Made by a program: the position numbers and the translations under genes. Below, piece by piece: positions 58,619 to 64,000 of a DNA stretch of 64,000 nt. This stretch comes from Macrostomum lignano (Eukaryota). The stretch spans positions 1 to 64,000 of the forward strand of contig NIVC01001567.1 of the NCBI GenBank assembly GCA_002269645.1. The letters run 5' to 3'. The notes beneath the pieces were generated by a model. It saw nothing but the letters and a program-made list of their open reading frames with translations, was not told the origin of the DNA and searched no databases. Every line of letters starts with the position of its first letter. The stretch's first letter is position 1.

Positions 58619-59505
58619 GCTCCCGGCATCAGCAAGGCAGTACAAACAGTATTCCCAATCGCTATAGCTGTTTGCTTTGAGTCACCCGCGGTCTCGATCA
58701 ACCGTCGCTTCACAGCGCCAGTTGGTTCACCTGACCCGCTCAGGCCAGGAGCTGCATGAGTCACTGGGCCAGTCCCCCGACATCAATTTTTCTACCTCGC
58801 TTTACGCACGACCAACCCGAACAAGCCACCACCCAGCGGTATCCAAGAGAATTCAGCCCCCCTTTTTCCCCGAGAGATCCTGCTGAATTACCTCCACAAT
58901 TGCTAGGCCACCCCTCTGCCTTGGTTTCTGTTTCTGACTCTGCGCTCGTTTCTAGGAATTAATTAAATCTGAGCAGGTATTTTCGATGGCATTAGGCTAC
59001 TAATTAGTCCTAATTGGCGGAGCCAAGAGAGGACACGGGCCGAACGAGTTCAAGTCCTCAAATGGTCCGAAATGAACTTCCCTCACGGGTAGTTAGCGAT
59101 CGTATAAAAAGATTTCCACTGCGGAAATGTGCAGCCGCATAATCTCTTGGCTTGATGAGTCTGACTGCTCATATCTGCTATAGTATTCCTCAGTCCGATG
59201 CACGTCATTAGATCGTACGGACGATGCAAACAGAGAGCAGTAGTAATAAAAAGTCTCATAAAAATATCGAATCGAGTTAATGATAGACCAGACGTTTATA
59301 TTTGTTTAATCCAAATATTACGCACGAGTTTAAAACGATTTTTATTAAACACAAAAGAAACTTCTATGTACAGTTTAACTGGTTTATATGTCCGTGTTTT
59401 TAACAAATCTGAGTCACAGTGAAGGTCAACAAGTAGTCTCATAGTGGTGCTTACCTGAGGGAGGTCCGCAACAGTATTGCAGAAGAGTTTTCTAGCGGCT
59501 CTCAC

Positions 59506-60594
59506 TCATTCCACCACATAGGTGGTGTACTGGCAACTCTCCGAGCAGAACAGCCCGCGCATTCTCGTCCGATAGTCTGCCAGGAAGCAGACATGCAGCA
59601 GGAAGGCCAACGGAAAGTACACATAGTACAACAGGCTGAATAGCTGATAGAGCGGCCGGAAGGAATCCTCTGGCAGCCAAACTGGTCTGTGGCCCCACAG
59701 TAGCAGCAGGACGAGCAAAGGGAAGCTTAGCATGAGGTGACAGCAGCCGAGCATGATTGCCAGTCTGTTGGCCTGCACCTGCTGCTGACTCTGATGAATT
59801 CTTGGACCAGACGAAACCGCCTTAAGCAGCTGGTGCTGCTGCCGGTTGTAGGCGTGGCTGCAGCACAGGAGCTGGCAGACCAGCACCGACAGCACCGGGA
59901 CAGGGATGAGCACCGAAGCCAGGTCGCGGAAGCACTGGTACAGCACCGCGTACTCTGGTCTCAGGCCTTCGGTTGAGCTGCGAATTCGCAGCACAGTTGC
60001 ATTCGTCCGCGAGCTGACGGCTTCAACTGACTCTTGCACCTCCTTGATCCACAGCTGGGGCAGAGAGGCAACTAGGGTTACTATGGCAACCATCAGCACG
60101 GCGAGCCCGGCCTGCAGGCTGCCGCAGTAGGCCTGGCGTCGCATCCGCTTCACGGTCAGCCGGCGCTCCGAGCAGAGCACCAGCAGAGTCCACGTGTAGG
60201 CGCAGCTCAGCCAGTCGTGAAGGCCGCCGCTGACGGCCACCAGCCGAGGGTACCAGGCAAAGGTCTCGGTGTACCCTGGCGCGTGCATCGCTGCCGCCAA
60301 TCCCGTCAGGCCGGCTGACATGAGCGCCAGCGAGGCGAGCTGGCAGTCGACGCCACCCCGGCAGGACTTGGCCAAACAGGCCGCGTTGAACACTGAGAAC
60401 ACCAAGCCGAACGTGAGCACGGATGGCAGGGTGTAGAAGTGAGCACTGCTCACCGATTCAGCAATGTCAGCCAGCACCTCAGCGCTGGAGGCTCTGCTGG
60501 CATAGCTGGATTTCGAGTCCGAGCGGCGAGACACATTTTCCAGCAGCGAGCCGTTGCAGTTGTAGACAACGCAATCCAAGCAGAAGGTTGACAT
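59506..60594 (-). CDS. Intronless atypical class A (rhodopsin-like, peptide-receptor-like) GPCR, ~362 aa from MSTFCLD
   Basis: Seven hydrophobic segments; TM3 AYTWTLLVLCSERR, TM4 LPQLW, TM6 SFP; N-terminal NGS and ECL2 NAT glycosylation sites. Confidence 0.8.
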   Translation of the reverse strand: MSTFCLDCVVYNCNGSLLENVSRRSDSKSSYASRASSAEVLADIAESVSSAHFYTLPSVLTFGLVFSVFNAACLAKSCRGGVDCQLASLALMSAGLTGLAAAMHAPGYTETFAWYPRLVAVSGGLHDWLSCAYTWTLLVLCSERRLTVKRMRRQAYCGSLQAGLAVLMVAIVTLVASLPQLWIKEVQESVEAVSSRTNATVLRIRSSTEGLRPEYAVLYQCFRDLASVLIPVPVLSVLVCQLLCCSHAYNRQQHQLLKAVSSGPRIHQSQQQVQANRLAIMLGCCHLMLSFPLLVLLLLWGHRPVWLPEDSFRPLYQLFSLLYYVYFPLAFLLHVCFLADYRTRMRGLFCSESCQYTTYVVE

Positions 60595-61889
60595 CTTTTT
60601 CCCTCTCCGTCTGTCTCGTTTGATGCGAAATTTTGTTGAATCTAAAAAGAGAAAACACACCAGAGACCATGTAGAATTGATCGGTTTGCAGAAACTACTA
60701 AGACATTGGTGGCCCACCGCAGAAAAGTATCAATTTCTGCCCCCCCCTCAGTGGTGGAGGATAAACAGTGCATGCTGGCTTTTTGCAGAAAGTTCAGAAG
60801 CCAGAAGCGGGATTTTTGGCCAGTTTTGCATGATCCCACACGCGCACAGAGCAACAGACAAGCATGGATTTCTAGATAAGAAGGGAGGTGGGGAGGCGAT
60901 CAAGAGAAAGGCCAACTGAACCAGGGACACGCGCGCTGGGGTCAAGAGAAACTGCATGGCATTCAATCTGCAGGGGATCAATTTTGGGATAGAAACGTGA
61001 ACATTTTGAATCTGGTGGTACTTGCATAAGTGGCCAGAAATTTCCTAGCACTAGCTGACGACTATGCCTGAATTCCGGGAACCAGAATAGGGACATCCGG
61101 TCAGAGATGCGTTCGGATGCCACTCGCCAAAAAAGCATTTGTATTATTTCCCATAGCATTATCGCATCCCAGACTAAAGCCAGTGTGAGTGTCCAATTTG
61201 GCCTGTGCTTAACCCTCTCAATCCAAAAGAAGTGGTGTCAATCAAAGGGCTGCATGGAGGATGTCTGCCAGTTTCTTATGCTACTTCATCCTAGCGAATG
61301 CCTCCCCAAGGGTTGTCTAGCTGCAATTTTCTTTCTTCTTCTTCTTCTTGCTTTTTTCTCTGGCCATGGAACATCTCTGCAAGGCCAAGCAAAGTCAATT
61401 ATGCTAACAGAGTGCAGTGGCTCCTCGTCTGCATGTCTACAGAGCCTTTACTTACTAAATTTGGCGCATTTACATATTTGTGAGCCGCCCCAGCTGGACC
61501 CCACTGTCAAAAGTTTGCACAGGAAGAATGTATTTATGCTAAGCATTCTGTCCGCTGGAGCGCATGCGGCATGTCGCGAGAAGTCCTCCCGCTTAAGCCA
61601 GTCAAAGGAACCATATGGGCTCCTCATTGATGCTCAGACTCAACCACCTCTATACACATTTATCCCCGAGGGCCTGAAACTACTGTGAAGGAATGTCTCC
61701 TGTTTTACATATTTCATAAGCATCGACCATGCAGTTATCCCCTATGTAGCTGGGCAAAATTATCAACCGCATTGACCCGTACTTGAGACATTTGATAAGA
61801 CTCTGTCAAGGACCACTAAACCTTTGCATCAGGATTTCACACTCCCATTCTAGGGAACTTAAACCGAAGACTCGATTAGCTAGTTCTAA

Positions 61890-62048
61890 TATACTAGCTA
61901 GTGTTGACACCAATTTTACAGCTGGGTGAACTGAAGCAATGCAGAGTTTTAAGTGACCTGCTCAAGGACACAAATTGTTCTCAGATTGGGAATCGAACCC
62001 CCGACCTTCAAGTCATGAGTTCGATGCTCTATAACCACAAGGCTAACC
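61890..62048 (-). mobile_element. tRNA-derived SINE, family 1, 3'-truncated
   Basis: Reverse complement reads TAGCCTTGTGG...GGTTCGATTCCC...GTGTCCTTGAGCAGGTCACTTAA...CACCCAGCTGTAAAATTGGTG. Confidence 0.82.
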
Positions 62049-62841
62049 TTATGTCCTTTACAGCTCTCAGTGAGTTCATGATTCTTACATTTTAAAAGTC
62101 GAATCTTCTTCCCGGATGCTTGCAGTTCAGCTGTTGCACAATCGGCATGGTAAAGTCGGTCTTAATCAGTTAACCTACGCAGTTTTTGCAGAGTGAGTGC
62201 CAAATTCCTCGATCTATTCGCTCTGTGTCTGTCTCCAGTCTTGCGCTTGCTATCGACACTTTATATCCCCCACTGACCCGAAAAATTGCCCATAGGCTGA
62301 TAGGCAGTGGGCAGACTGGGGTTGGCTGCGCCGCTTGGCCATTTAGGAATCTAATGCAGTCTGTAAATGCAGTCTTGGCTGAATATTATGCGCATTGAAA
62401 TTGAGTGGCAGCTGCAGCAGCAATAGGGGGAGGGGTCAAGTGAGCGAATGGTCCCGTATTTGTGTGCTTGTGGGAGCTGCCGACTGTCTATTGCTCAGTC
62501 CAGCCTGCAGACAGCTGTCAGAGGCGCTTAAACTCAAAACACGCAATTCAGGCAACTGTGTAGCCTCTCCAATGTAAAAAGTTATATTGCAATAGTTTCA
62601 AAATAGCAGGCGAGGATTATTGCCACGATGCAGGCTCTTACTCATCAAATTATTTTCTCGTGTCGTTGTGGCCTAGGCAGTATTGACAGGCAATTAGTTT
62701 TATCTACTGGCAAAGCTGCATTGGCTTACTAGCTAAGTATAACTAATTAAATGAATTAGACAAACTAAAGTGGGAAACTGGAGTTGGGGATACATTTTCT
62801 GAACGACTAGTAATATAATAATATTGTTAATTGTATTAGTA

Positions 62842-63538
<697 letters not shown>

Positions 63539-63819
63539 AACTTTCGACAACTTAATTCATAAACTGTTTCTATCAGTCGATCTTGAGTTTTAACCAACAG
63601 CTTCAAATAAGATTGGCAAAAGATTCAAACCCAGGTCTATCAAATAATTTTTCTCTGAATCACTAGCATTAATAATACTTACATCGATTTCTCATCTGCA
63701 TCCTCAGTCTAATGAGAATTATGAGAATACATAACAGAATCCAGTCAAATACAAAATCAAAACTTCAATGCTTCAAGTTTTTTTGACCTGGTTGAACTTC
63801 TAGTTTTCACTAGTAAGGC

Positions 63820-63990
63820 ATGCATCGCATTGTATTCACTGTGCCTTGGGGGTTGGCCATCAAGGGCGTCAATTACACGAGCAGAGCCAAACCGAGATTC
63901 CAATTCAGCCCCAAATTAACGTGACTGCACTTGGAATCGAGCCTGGGCCGCTGGCACACCAGAGCGCGGCGCTAGACCATAGGGCTACAT
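63820..63990 (-). mobile_element. Possible second tRNA-derived SINE family
   Basis: Reverse complement has A-box-like TAGCCCTATGG and B-box-like GGCTCGATTCCA; single copy, so not confirmed. Confidence 0.4.
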
Positions 63991-64000
63991 TTGAACAGAC

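Noticed and set aside
60672-60870. Candidate next DNAAF9 exon after TTTGCAG
   Set aside because: Phase-compatible, but the translation shows no recognisable similarity to the expected continuation and I identified no donor before the stop.
61107-61688. 193-aa ORF
   Set aside because: No motif, no splice support, composition like non-coding DNA.

Overview
Eukaryotic (animal) genomic DNA, not prokaryotic. GC-rich exons sit in AT-rich spacers with short GT-AG introns, tRNA-derived SINEs and very dense mini/microsatellites. The style suggests a free-living flatworm such as Macrostomum, but this is inference only. From left to right: (1) a Helitron2/Helentron-type rolling-circle element whose gene can be spliced from 795 through an AT-hook-like exon and an OTU protease into a 1797-aa Rep-PIF1 helicase ORF, followed by a 1.6-kb 15-bp satellite; (2) a BPL_N/GATase-like exon; (3) five intronless ~341-aa secreted proteins (signal peptide, Cys-rich PAN/Apple-like region, LamG/pentraxin-like domain) plus one orphan fragment; (4) a 4-exon PAN + fibrinogen-related gene with a terminal frameshift; (5) an LTR + tRNA-Leu PBS and a MITE embedded in a 40/42-bp satellite; (6) two convergent cytidine deaminase paralogues; (7) ORMDL, head-to-head with a DNAAF9/C20orf194-like gene; (8) an intronless atypical class-A GPCR on the minus strand. 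The most striking structure is the secreted family. All copies share a near-identical ~560-bp core flanked by exchangeable 5' modules (X, Y, Z) and two very divergent 3' modules (A, B). X-A, X-B, Z-A, Z-B and Y-A are all present, so the locus looks like a recombination-shuffled cassette repertoire. All calls were made by eye; no searches or alignments were run.
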